From the NCBI RefSeq assembly GCF_964204645.1, contig NC_134032.1, positions 6,064,275 to 6,128,274 of the forward strand: 64,000 nt of DNA, read 5' to 3'. Below are positions 49,618 through 62,942 of this stretch, in pieces. The notes under the pieces were generated by a model. That model did no database searches and was not told the origin of the DNA. It saw nothing but the letters and a program-made list of their open reading frames with translations. The position numbers and the translations under genes are program-made. Position 1 is the first letter of the stretch; each line of letters opens with the position of its first letter. This DNA is from Tubulanus polymorphus (lineage: Eukaryota; Animalia; Nemertea).

Positions 49618-52044
49618 ATGCTTTCTCTAAAACACGTTGTGCTCAACAACAGCAAATTTTATACCAAACCTGTGAAAGTCCTGATAGCTGCTAAACAACT
49701 AAACCAGCGTACAAACAAATATGAATATGCAATCTGTGATGAAGAAAGAACGTGCAAGGCTATAAGTTATGAAGACTGCATAGATAGAAAATTAAAAGAA
49801 GGCGACTCTGTGCTTCTAAGGAATTTTGAAATGGGAAAGAAACATATGCTACTATCAAAAAAGTGTGTTATTACCAAAACAAAAAAGGTCAATGTTCCTC
49901 AAAAAGTAGTTGAAGAAGCCAGAGCTTTAATTATAGAAATAGCTCCAGTGGCACGTGATATTGCCGAAATCAAGTTCAATGATACTGACTCCAACTTGTC
50001 CAGTATAACTGGAAGAATTGTAAAGGTAAATTAATAACATCCAGAATCACTTTTCAAACTTGTATACAAACATTAGACCTTTATGTACATAAGAAATTGA
50101 CTTATGATGCTCAGAGCCTCTATAATTTATGAATAGCAACCATACTGCATTCATATGTAAAAATAAACTATAAATACCTTAGCTTGCTTTGTGGTAATTA
50201 TGCCACAAAGCATTCATGTCCAAAAATATTTCATGTCCGGGTTAGAAAATTATTGGCCACGTAATAGCTGTCCAGCCAAAAAGTTCTGATTTGATAATCA
50301 GGTATGCTCTCATGCTGTTAAATTAATCCCCAGCTAAGCTGTCCAATAATTAATGTCCAACTAAACTTTTATGAATGTCACATGACAGGATATAAACTAA
50401 TCATAATCAACTGTAAAAATACTCATTTCAGGCCTATTCACTATATTATTGAAGATATTTCTTGTAATAATTACAAATATTTCTGTTTTACCTTATTTCC
50501 AGGACGAAGAACCTAGGGATGTTAAAATTACAGCCACTGGTGCTAACATTAAAGTCAGAAACATCGTTGTAGAAGACAAAACCGCCAATATTGACGTTGT
50601 TTTGTGGGCAGACAAATCTTCATCTCCAATAAAACTAGGTGACAGTACTACCATCACACACCTGCTAACTGCTACAACCAAAGATAATATCAAACAACTC
50701 AGATCAACTTATAAAACAGAAATCACAGTAAGATAGCTATTCATAAGGATAATTTTCAAAAATAAATTTCTCATGACGCCCCTACTTACGCACAAAAAAC
50801 CTTTAAAAAGACCTAAAAAATCTTATCCATATAATTGGACACCACCTAAATCTTATTTTCATGTTATTTGCATATGTTATTTTCAGTTAAAAACTCCTGA
50901 GGTGACAATCGCAAATGTTACCTTCCTGGGCATTGAATCAGCAACTCCTCTACTCTACTGTGTATCATCAATTTCAACAGATGATGAAGTTACCACTTAT
51001 TCCGTTTAAAAGAACCTACTTCTTCAAATAATCAATTTCAATGGAAATCAAGGCATGGAACAAGACGTCATTGAATGCATGACTGAAATTGGACAAATTC
51101 AACTAAAGATTTTAGGTATTCTAAATGATTTTCATAAAAACGATATCTGACATATATTAAACTTTGCCTAATATGCTACTAGATATTCTACATTTAGTTC
51201 AAACTGGTTCAAAAATAAATATATTTCCTGTTTGTACTGTTCAAGATGTGCAAGCTTACCAAAATATAACCATATATTTGTCTGTACTAATTAAAATTTG
51301 CAAAATCCAGCATTACCTCTATCGACAGAACCTGCTAATGTATTGTTCTAAATATTGATTTCAAAATTTGTAGGATATTATATGAAATTATGTAATTATT
51401 AAATTACGTATGTATATTTACAGGTGACACCATCATAGGTCTGGCAGAATATGACCTACAAAAACAGCCTAAAGCCTCCACCTCTGGTAAATTATATTTC
51501 CTCCTAAAAAATACACATCATTAGTTAATAGCTGGCTAAATCAAAAATTGAGTCTAAACTCAAACTTCTAAACAAATTAAACTATACGTGCAAGGTCTAA
51601 AACTAAATGCATGTAATCCGATCATTAAAAATAACCTGTTTGTACATATACTTATTCACTTCATTATTAGTTAGAAACAAATTTTCAGTATGTTTTGATA
51701 CTCATTGTTATAAAATTTTTACTATCCCTCCTCAAATATCCTGCAATATTATTATGCAATTGCTAATTTTCATGATCCAATCACTGCAATTTTCTTCCAT
51801 GATAACAAAAATGATTTAAATCAAATTACTAGGAAATCCCCTCATATATACTCCCCACCACTTAATGCCCAAAAAATTTCTGGTAACATATTTATCATGG
51901 CAACGTGAAAAATGGTCTAATAAATATTTTAATTTGGCAGGGAGTAACAAACCAGCTGTCACAACTCAAAACAATGTTTATGAAGATCCTGACGCCCGTC
52001 TACTGGATGAGGATGATGATTCTGATGCTTGCCTGCTGGATTAG
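49618..52044 (+). pseudogene. Spliced tandem OB-fold (RPA/SSB-like) gene of the Helentron, ~342 aa, one in-frame stop
   Basis: Exons 49618-50025, 50503-50727, 50887-51115, 51424-51486 and 51941-52044, all GT-AG with compatible phases; SITGRIVK|DEEPR...VRNIVVEDKTANIDVVLWAD OB-type motif; acidic tail LLDEDDDSDACLLD*; TAA at 51007-51009. Confidence 0.7.
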
Positions 52045-52069
52045 AATATCTATGTACAACTAGTGTTAT

Positions 52070-52360
52070 CAAATCATTTCTGTTACTTTAACGTAATTTT
52101 AAATAGTACGACGACAATAATTCCAATGTTAGCCTACAGGATTAAAATATCTAGGTCCAACAGGTGTGATCAAATCATTTCTGTTATTATACCTTAATTT
52201 TATACAAATTTGAGAACAATAATTCCAACGCTAGCCTGCGTTGTTAATATCTATGTCATTTCTGTTATTATATCTTAATTTTATACAAATTCGAGAACAT
52301 TAATTCCGACGCTAGCCTGCGTTGTTAATATCTATGTCATTTCTGTTATTATATCTATTA
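52070..52360 (+). repeat. Degenerate ~80-100-bp tandem repeats in the Helentron 3' region
   Basis: TCATTTCTGTTA...AATTCC.A.G.TAGCCT recurs 3-4 times. Confidence 0.8.
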
Positions 52361-53058
52361 CTATATTTTTATAGTCTTTGCTTCTATACACTTGGCAACT
52401 TCAATTTTATACACTGTAATAGGATTTTGGGAAGCAGCCTTATTTGGTTAATACGTCCAAACATAGAAATCAATTTAATCAACAACCATTCAACGTCTGA
52501 TGATGTCATCCATGTTAAACGAATCATAGTGTTATAGGACAAATCTCTTTATAATGCTAATTCACTGTATTTACCTATAAGCATTTATTCATTTTCAAAA
52601 TGTTAACAGAGTTATTTTATCACATATTGTTATTTGATAAGTATTATTTTTGAATATGTAATAAATAAATTTAGTTTCTATACAAAATTTATATATTTTT
52701 CTCATTTTACTAATTGGTATCCTTGCAACCATCAGCACAACCAAAAATTTGAGACTTCATATATTTATTTCCTAAATTAACAAACCAAGACACAATATTT
52801 GACAACAATTATTGAATTTTAACTTGATTTATTCCTATTCAAATGTGTATTTGTTGTTAATTCTTAATTGATTAAATATAACTTGTACGTACTGCCATAT
52901 ATTCAACTATGTATATTTACTGAAGAATCCACTTAATTAGGAATTACAACAATTTATCCCATTTACACGAGTCTGTATTAAAAGTGAATGACTAACTATC
53001 GACAACAAACTAACTGATACTATTCGAGGTAAACCACTTTGCCTCAGGGCAATTTATT

Positions 53059-54785
53059 TTATTATGTAAATGGCAGAAGGTGGAGAAGATATTCCAATCG
53101 ATACTTTTGGTGACACCCCTGGTATAAGTGATGAACCACAACTTGAGTAATGATGATGGATCAGCATATGATAATTATTTAGATGATGATGAAGATGATC
53201 CATCATATAATTCTAGTTTAGCTGAAGATGATGATGATGATGATGATGACGACGACGACGACGACGACGACGATGATGGAATTAGTGCCGAAGTACGTGA
53301 AAAATTTGAAAAATATTTAACAGCTCCTGAAAGCGGTGTAATTTTAACTAGAACAGGAGGAAAATAGTTAATGAAAATATCAGAATTACAACAACAAGAA
53401 TATCCTGATAAAAACAGGAATTATATTTTATGAAAAGTAGAGTAACAGATACAGTTATAAACCAATTATAACCTTAAGAAATTTAATAAATAAAGTTGAT
53501 ACGGAAGGAATTGTAGAAAGAATTTTAAAATACGACCTATTTTTCATGAATAATTTAGAATTTAATAATGATGCATGGTATTATAATGTTGAATTAAATA
53601 GGAAAACTGTACCAATTCAATCATCTAAAATGGGACGAGAAAATATGTATGAACCTGGAATGCGATCAAGATCTACAATTGAACGTTCAAAAGGTGGTAC
53701 AGAATTTCTCAGAATTATATGGAATGCCCTAGAATAAGTAAATGAAGAAGAACTAATTAAGAATATTGATATTAACAAATATTCACCATTTGAAAATCCA
53801 AATCTAAATCCTACTGATGTTGATCCAGAAATGGAAGAGTATAGAGATAGATTTGATAAATTAAGAACTTCATCACCAACACCAGGAACACCGAGAAGAG
53901 ACATCCCACCAATTAATAATGATTCAAGTCAAATAGAATTCGTACAAAATTTTGATAGCGCGATAGAAACAGTGAATTCAATTAGAGAATTGTCGAATAG
54001 TATTTCAGATACACCTAGTACTGAAGCTGGAACAAAACAAATGCAATCTTTATTAAAAAAGGGATTTCTTGGTATAACTGATGAAGATTTAGAAGCATTT
54101 CCTAAACAAACACGTAGAGATATTAAAGGTGTACAAAAATCAGCTGATAAAATTGCGCACGATAAAATGATTAGAGATTTGAAAATTAACACTTTAGAAA
54201 AAGAATTAACTGATAAAAATAAAGTAATAGAACAATTAAAATTAGATAGAGATAATAAAGTTATTGAAGAAATTGAATTTAAAAAAAGAAATGCGTGTTT
54301 AGAAAAAGAAATTGATGATTTAAGATATAATATACAATTACAGAAAGAAATTAAATTATTATTAAAATCATATGATTATAATATTAATACATTAAAAGTT
54401 ATTTTTAAAGATTTGTTAATAAAACCAAATTCTGATATATCATTGAAAGATAGAATAAAATTATTATTTAAATTAGAAGGTATAACAATTCTTTCAATTC
54501 TAACAGCGGTAACTATAATATTTACAACAATAGGTTTAGCTATATCAAATTCATTAAAATCTACGCCTACTCCTAATAAACCACCTGATAAACCTCCGAG
54601 TAATAATTCTTTACTACAAGATAAAGTTAAGGATGGTTTGAAAAAATTAGCAAAATATCTCAAAACTATCTCAAAAATCTGCTGCAGCATTACCCGGAGT
54701 TATAGCGTCAATTGTTGGTTTTATATTGAAATCTGCAGGAAATATTCTTGACTTTGCTGCTGAACATATTATTTCATTTTTAAAT
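53059..54785 (+). pseudogene. Polinton copy B continuation: homolog of the 474-aa coiled-coil/TM gene
   Basis: Starts TAAATG MAEGGEDI at 53070; C-terminal half (ADKIAH...EGITILSILT...DKVKDGLKKLAKYL) nearly identical to 32069-33493; (GAT/GAC)n poly-Asp tract at ~53228-53277. Confidence 0.9.
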
Positions 54786-55509
54786 ATAGCTACCAAGCAG
54801 CGATGACGGGTTTTCTGCAAAGCCATTCAGAATGATGGGAATTGTAGTAAATTGAAATACCGATACATAGAATAAAATGCATTGACAGATTCTGACCTAA
54901 TATGCAACCACTGTGTAAACGTCAAATATGATTCAGCTTTGAAACCGAACACATGCGGACGTACAATGAACAAATATGAATTTATTTGACCAGGCATTTA
55001 ATTTGGCATTCTAACATCATGATACTGTATTATCACCATGCTTAAAAATGGATCTGTCCAATTGAGAACTCATCTTAAGCACCTGCTGAGTCGATAGATT
55101 GAGTGAATTTACAGATAAGAGCGTATTATGATTTAGAATAGAATTATGAAGTTAATGTTTTTATGGAAATATTTGAATAAATACATATATTGTAGTGTAG
55201 ATTCAATCAATAAATTATGAATTGATTTGGTCTGGATTTCCGGCTGATATTGATTTTGGCTTTATGGATTACAAATTCTATAGTGATAAACAATTGATAC
55301 CTGCAACATGTGTGTAAATCAAACCTATTCCACTAGTTGCGTGTGTTTCCTAATAAACGGGAGAGTGACTCTTGATCTGAGTTATTAGAAAAATTATGTT
55401 CATTTAGATATAGAAATTCATTTTTTTTTTGAAAATTCTGTAATAATATTTGTTCTGTCCTAATTTTTATTACTGTATGAACCAGTGATATGCTTTGTAA
55501 ATATGATGT

Positions 55510-57130
55510 AATAATTTTTTAGCTTGTAAGTTACAATTCTCATGTGCTGCACTTCTAGACTTTCCAATTAACTGATCATGATCTCTTACTTTTTTTATCA
55601 GATGAATAGAATACTTGATAACAATAATAACATTTATCTGCAAAATCAAATTCTTCTCTATCTTGTTCTGTCATTATAATTTCTATATTTGTATCTAATA
55701 GTTTACTAAATTTTATTTCATATTCAATTAACAAGTCATAAAATTGATTGATAACATTTTCATTTCTATAATCATAATATTCACTTTTTAATAATTCAGG
55801 ATAATCAGATTTATTATATAACCCGAAAGCTGCAGCTGATTGATGGATCTTTTTAATAGTATTTGTTTCTGGTGGTTCTTCTGAAAAATCATTTTCATTA
55901 GAATTTTATTTCTTTCTTTTATAATACATTTCTTTTCTATCTTGATCAGTTAGTTTTGTATTTAGTGATTCAAAATCTCCATATATTACAAATGGTACTT
56001 TATTCTTGTGATCATATTTTTTGAATTCTAATATTTTATCTTTTTCTGTTGGAAGAACTAATTTACAATAATCATGATTGTCACATAATTGTTTATGATT
56101 TAATAATGCACTTTCAGTTCTGAATTTAGTTATACATTTTCTACATAGATATATTTTATTATCAAAATCAATTTCTGATTTGAAAAATAAATCAATTCGT
56201 TTAATCCACATATAATCATTAACATAATATAATATATCTATAACACCATTTGAATCATAATCTTTTGAGAAATACAAAGGTTCTAATGTATAATGTTTAA
56301 TATTATTACCTTTTGTATTTAGTAATTTGATTAAATCGAATACATTTATTTTTACATCATTATCTCTTTCTATTTTTGGAATACTTTGGATTCTAACAGG
56401 ATAATTATCTATCTTATAATCATTTTCAAATTGTTTATAATTTGATACTCTAAAGCTATGTGTATTATCAGTTGCAGGATGTAAGCAACTTATAATTGTC
56501 CATAGAAAACATTTATCATCAAAATTGTGTACATTAATAACAGCATTAGTTTTAAATGGTAATTTGATATAACTTGGTCCATTTATATTATCATCTTTAT
56601 AATATGATAACTTATTGACACGTGTTATAAACGTGTAAAGTCATAAATATAATTTCATCAAATATTAAAGCTGATCCTTCAAAATATTTCTTTTCTATTT
56701 TACTTGTTATTTCATTATGACATTTATCTAATCTATCATCTAGGCCCTATATGTTGTTTCGAAATAATATGTTGTGAATGAAAATTTATATTATATATTG
56801 GTCTATCTTCAGATTTTATGAATTTTTCAGATTTTATGACTTTATGAAGATATACTAATTTTAGGGTATTGTACGTCTGTAATTATTTTTATAATATTTT
56901 TCATATTTTCTAAATGTTTTTTATTTTCTTCTAACGTTTTACCTTTATGAAATTTAAATTCAATAGCAGCTGGTCCAATATCACTTTTGAATGCTTCAGT
57001 TATTTCTATTTCTTTTTTTTATCTAATGAATTAATATAATTTCTAACATCTTCCATCTATGGTCTTTTATTGTTTAATTTACTTTGTATTCTTTCAATTA
57101 TCATCTATTTCTAATCATTATCTTTATCAA
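55510..57130 (-). pseudogene. Decayed, more divergent Polinton polB N-terminal half
   Basis: DKCFLWTIISCLHP, YMWIKRIDLFF...IYLCRKC...VPFVIYGDFES, RDHDQL...AAHENCN. Confidence 0.85.
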
Positions 57131-57384
57131 AATAATCTTTACTTAAAATATCATTATTAATATTTATTAAAATTAAGAAAAACTGTTTTAAAATCTAAAT
57201 TATTTTTATTTTTATTTTCCTTTTTTTGTTAAAAGAACAACAGAATTTAAAGTGAATAAAATAATTAGCATTGAAAACGCGAATTATACTCTAACAGTAC
57301 TGTACATGACTTATGCCAAAATCTTTCTGTCGATTTTTAGTTAGGCAGTTTTACCGCAGGGGGCGCGTGCATCCCCTAATCAAA

Positions 57385-57889
57385 TTATCCAGAATAATAT
57401 GAAAGTCAATATATTTCTTTTAGAGGTGAAGATGTAGTAAATGAATTTTGTAATAAAATGATTGAATTAGAAAGTGATTTTGCACAATTATTAAACAAAA
57501 ATAAAAGAATAGTTATGACAAAAGAAGATGAAATTGATTTTAATTATGCAACTCATTGTTGTTATTGTGAAAAACGTTTTTATGCCGGGCCAATTTTACT
57601 ACGTAATGTTTCTAAAATTTCAATTGTATCTTTTATTTCCAGTGAATCGATATAATTTCTAATATTTTCCATATAAGGTTTATTTGAAAGAGATTTAGTT
57701 TTTGAAGCTGGTTGTTTTACTTGTTGAGGTTTATCATCAAAATGTTCTGTTCCTAAATTATTTTCATTTAAATTTGGTTTGTGTTTTTGTGATCCAAGAT
57801 GTCGAGATGTCTTTTATAATTCCATTTTGCTATAAATTCATTACAAACATTACATTTAATTTCATTTTTTTTCATATTTTCTAATTGTT
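57385..57889. pseudogene. Rearranged polB fragments with an inversion junction near 57582
   Basis: 57385-57582 (plus) matches the reverse complement of ~40652-40848; 57583-57889 matches 42051-42348 directly. Confidence 0.85.
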
Positions 57890-60800
57890 ATAGTATAGTA
57901 TAGTAGTATTTATTTATCATTTGGTTGTTACATTATTACATGATTGATATTATATAATATACAGTGAAAAAATGTAACAAGAAAATGTGGGCTACACAGA
58001 GATATCTCAAGTGCCACCCTAAAAGAAAAACATTAACATTCATACAAATTCACTCTAACACATGCACACTACAAGCACCACACGTATACACACACGCACA
58101 CTGCATTAGTGAATGCATTCAAACAAAGAAATACAACATGGATGTTCAAAATACATAATCACGATAATTTAAGGAATTTTTACGTTAGAATACTGATAAA
58201 CTAGTAGAATTACGAATCGGTTTATGGATAGTATTCCAGAGAAGAGGTCCAGAAATCTTTACTTTGAATTGTCTAGAATTAGTTCTATAATTTGGCGGTC
58301 GTAATTATCCATCGCCCGGGTGTTTCGATTGTGAATGTGATGACCGAGTTGCCAGAAATTTGAGAAAACTGTAGGAAGTTTTGCATATACGAAGTTATAA
58401 ACAAGGAAGCTAGTTGTAAGTTGTTGATATATCCTAATTTCAATATATTCAAACGGTTAAAAATAGGGTCAGTAGTAGCAAGGTACTCCGATTTACCGAT
58501 TAAACGAATCGCTCTTTTTTGAAGAATAATTTTAAAGGGCTCAAGTTACATGCGTAGTTTCGACCCCAGACAATGTTACAGTATTGTAAATGGGGGTGAA
58601 TCAAGGTAAAATATAATATACGCATAGAATTGGTTTAGAGCTTGTGATAAATACGATATAAAATTGCATTATTACGAGAAACTTTTTTACAAACTGAACT
58701 GATATGATCTTTCCATGATAGTTTTTCGTAAGTAGTTACACCCAAAAAAATTGTAGACGAGACTCGGTCAATCTCTTGGCTGTCAATAGAGATTTGTGTA
58801 TTACCAATATACGACTTACTGACTATAATGTAACATGTCTTTTTTATATTAATAGATAGCTTATTAGCACGAAACCAGATTACAAGATTTGATGATTCAC
58901 ATTTGACAGTATTAACAAGACGATTAATATTTTGATCGCAATAGAAACAATTCGTGTCATCAGCGAACAAAATGAAATTTAAAATATCAGATGAATTTGT
59001 AGTCATTCATAGAGATTAGAAACAACAAAAGACCTAAGATAGAACCTTGGGGCACTCCAATACCAATACTAAGCGAAGTTGATTTAAATGCTTCAATTTG
59101 AACAATTTGCCGACGGTCACTCAAGTAGTTTTTGAACCACATCAGTGCGTTACCTTTTATACCTTAATGGTTTAATTTATGTAGTAAAACGCTGTGATTG
59201 ACAGTATCAAAAGCTTTGGAGAGTTCTAATAATATCCCAATCGATGGTGTTTTAGATTCAATATTTGATGAAATTTTATCTATAGTCTGAGTCAAAGCCA
59301 TTGCTGTTGAGTGTTTTTTTCTGAATCCAAACTGGTTGCTATTTAAGAGTGAGAATTTATCACAAAATGAGGTTACTCTATTGTATACAATTTTTTCCAA
59401 AATCTTGGAGAAACAGGGTAGGATTGATATAGGTCGATAATTATCAAAACAATGGGTGTCACCTTTCTTAAAAAGTGGACGAACTCTGGCGATTTTTAGT
59501 TCAAACGGAACAATACCTGATTGTAGGCTGCAATTAAATATATGAGAAAGTGGGTCTCTGATTGTGTCAATAACGTTCTTAATAATTTTCATTGAGATTT
59601 CATCGATAAGAAGAAAACATTTTCCGCTGTTGGACGTCTTAAATAATTTTCAAAACTAACTCCGGAATCTGTAATAGTATTCGCCAAATTTTGGCCAACA
59701 TTAGCAAAGAAAGAGTTAAATTCATTGGCAATATTATAAGAACCATTAACGGCAGAACCATTCAAATAAAAACGTCTGGTTACTTTGAGTTCCTAGACGA
59801 TTTTCCAATAAGCGAGTTGGGGACATTCCAAGTACCTTTCATGTTTCCTTTAAAAAAAATGCAATTTACGTTCATAATAATTTTTTTCTGCTAACCGTAG
59901 TAATTTACATAAGATGCGCTAATAGTCTTTATAACGTGTTTTTATCTCAGGGTCTGAATTACGCAAAGTTTTTCCATACAAAATGTTCTTATATTTGATG
60001 GAATTAATTAAGCCGATTGGAAGCCATGGTTTCGACCATTTACTTTACGATGTAGACCGTGGTTGGATGAACGGAAAGCATTCATTATAAAGACTAGTAA
60101 ATGTGGATACAAATAATGAGTATGACAATTGAGGATCCATATTATCATGAATACTAGACCAGTCCACGGCTAATAAACATCTATAAAATCTTTGTACATT
60201 ATGATCACCCATATTTCTAGTTGGGGGTTGCGAACTATTATTATACACGATTTCGCATCCACTAGACACAGTGAATACTGGGAAGGATCAGTGATGTCAC
60301 GACAAAGAATACCAGATTTAAACTGATTATAAATATCATTACTAAAAATGTTATCTATAATGGTGGAAGAAGAACTGGTTATCCTAGTTGGGTTATCAAT
60401 CAAAGGGACAAGGCTACCATAATATCAAGAAATACTTCTGTTGGTTTATGGTTATCCGCTTTTTATAAATCAATATTAAAATCTCCAAGAATATAATTGA
60501 TCTTATTCTCAGCATAGAGCTTATTCAACAAAGAATACAAGTCATCATTAAAAGAACTAATATTAGATCCGGGCGGACGATACCAATAATTTTATTTTTT
60601 GCCTTGCCACCATCAATTTCAATAAAAAGAGACTCAAAACTATTGTAAACAGTAATATCCAGACGTACTTTAAAGTCTAGACTTTCCTTGATATATAATG
60701 CTACTCCACCGCCATTTCCGTAGTCACGGTTTTTAAAGACGCTTTCATATGTGGGAATATTATATAATTGATCATTGTTGACAGTTGACCAGGTCTCAGT

Positions 60801-61638
60801 GAGACCTATTATTGAAAACTTACACTTCAAAACATCTAAGTAATCAGTGAACGCATCACAATTTCTATTACAACTTCTTATGTTGAAAGAGTAAATAGAA
60901 AAGTTATATTTATAAGGAGAAAAATTATTAACATCAAAATATTCACATGAGTTCATTATTACGAGTGATTACGAGAAAACACAAAAATGGCAAAAACTCA
61001 TCTATTCAAAAATAAGGGTTTTACATTCGAACAGTCATTTACATACACGTAACTTGTTTCATTCATTTACGGTTTCGTCAATATTAAGCTTTTTCGATGA
61101 CTTTTCTGCCGAAGGAGGAGTTTCCGATAACGATCTTTGTTTACGCTTGGAACTAGCAGTAACCGATGTGAATGAAGGTTCTTCGGCTGCGGATAAGTTA
61201 CTGGCCTTAATAGCATCGGTAAAGTGTTGCACTAACGCCGATTTTCCTTGATCATTCAGATGTATACCGCTTTTATCACTCATCAAATAATAGCGATCGC
61301 GGACACCGCCGGAAGGTTGTAGAATAGCATCATTATGAATGAATACATATTTTTGTTAATCATATAGTTTATTGCTGTATGCGTTAACCGTACTTGCTGC
61401 TGTATTTAATTCTTTTACATCGCCCGGAGTGCCCGGGATGATGCTTGATACGTAGACGCGGGTATTAATAAACTAATCCTTAACTTGTGATAAAGCTGAA
61501 AATATATTCATTTTGACTGTATCACAGTCAGTTCGGTGCCGGTTTACATCATTTGTGCCTAAGTGCACAATGACGTCAGATATCAGTGATTTCTCGGTTA
61601 CACGATCAAGCAGTTTATCAATATTTTTCGCCGTAGCT
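57890..61638 (-). mobile_element. CR1/L2-group LINE (SGNH-esterase ORF1, APE-RT ORF2), 5'-truncated, inserted into Polinton polB
   Basis: ORF1 VIVHLGTNDV, DKSGIHLN; APE FNIRS, GLTETW, GGGVALY, PTRIT..IDNIF; RT NYRPISIL, QFGFR, SKAFDTV, GVPQGS, LFADDT; AATAAA plus (TACTA)n tail; flanks rejoin as at 42335-42370. Confidence 0.9.
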
Positions 61639-61779
61639 TTCTTTTCTTTCATTGGAATTTTCTGAGTTCCTGCCTGGAACTCACTGTCTCCCATTTATAA
61701 CGAAAGAAAATTACTTGTGGTGATGAGTGATTTGTCGATGTCTCGACCTCTGATCTGAAAAAAGCATATTCCAATTACT
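61639..61779 (-). repeat. Right TIR and polB start of a decayed Polinton copy
   Basis: CCCATTTAT...AAAATTACTTGTGGTGATGAG...CCTCTGATCTGAAA...TTCCAATTACT matches 42519-42639. Confidence 0.9.
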
Positions 61780-62847
61780 CACTTTAACAATAAAGATATC
61801 ATTTTGCAGGTGCGCATAGTGAAGAAATTACCTCGACAGTCCAGCGTCATTGAGCACGGCGCGGTCGGAGCCCGCGCCAATGTTGAAAACTCTTGCGCAA
61901 CTTGATTCCTTATATACTGGGCAAATTTATCGGTCAGTTCAGTGTGGTTGAAACTACCTGGAGACAAAGTAACGACGTAGAAACGTTTCTCGCAACTGAA
62001 TATCTAGTTTCTGGTAACTCATTCCGGAGACCAGCATCAACTAGTTACCGTGAATCGGTAACCAGATATTTCCGCTGTGGATTTCCAGGACGTTAGAGAT
62101 TAAAATCCGGCGAGCTGCGGTATTGAATGATGTATTATTTACCGATTCCGATCATGATATCCATGGCAAGGATGGTGTGTTTGTGTTGCCCACCCGATTC
62201 TAACGATGGAGAATTTGGAAATGGATGAGGGGAATCGAGTGCTCGCGGATGTCCTGCAGTGATTTTTGGGACGAGTTCAAAAATATAATGGGTACCAATT
62301 CGGAACATATGCCTCTGCTATGACATGATTATTGGTCTGAAAAAATGGGAAGCTGTTGGAAGAATAACAGAATAGGTTATAATCAAGAAGGATATTTTCC
62401 CTTTTTTGGCGTAGCCACTTGATTATAAAATATTCTGAAAATGATGGCTATCGATTTTGCTTTCCAAATATCTTCTGATTCTAAAATTGATGGCTCTCGA
62501 TTAAATGGCCCATATCTTTTAAGTATGCCCCAACTGCAGAATCATAAGTTCTAAGAGAATGCACTGATATAATTGAAGAAATCAATAACGATGAGTTGGT
62601 TGAGATATTAGGTACTTACGACTGTCAGAGGCTCCGATTTGAGACAATGTTCAGCACTAAATGCGGTTAATAAGCCACATTGAGCTAGTGCAAAAACCAT
62701 GGTTGATCGTGGATTGTGGTATTGTGCGAACTGGAGTGCCGATAACTTAGGAAAACCTGAAAGATTGGTATGATGAACTGAAACCCCGAAGAAGATATTA
62801 AACTTCTTGTACGTATCCCCGGCGGTTCCTGAACTTTGCTGAACAAA

Positions 62848-62942
62848 CTGAAAAGCTGAAACGCTGAAATAAAAACGCTGAAATTTCAGGGAATTTCCGA
62901 AAAACGCCGAAATTTCAGGGAATTCCCGAAAAACGCTGAAAT
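62848..62942 (+). repeat. Short tandem repeat (~28-bp unit AAAAACGCTGAAATTTCAGGGAATTCCCG)
   Basis: Directly visible, about 2.5 units plus shorter CTGAAA repeats. Confidence 0.8.

Larger units (their letters stand above)
22012..53058 (+). mobile_element. Helentron (endonuclease-encoding Helitron), interrupted by Polinton A
   Basis: 10-bp subterminal inverted repeats TGGTTTACCT (22014-22023) / AGGTAAACCA (53027-53036); 3' hairpin TTGCC-TCAG-GGCAA (53039-53052); inserted in a T-run, and the flanks rejoin into the intergenic sequence seen intact at 33494-33512; Rep-helicase-endonuclease coding region inside. Confidence 0.85.

Noticed and set aside
54786-55510. Distinct insertion between Polinton B segments
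   Set aside because: Composition changes, but no termini, duplication or coding motif could be supported; left unclassified
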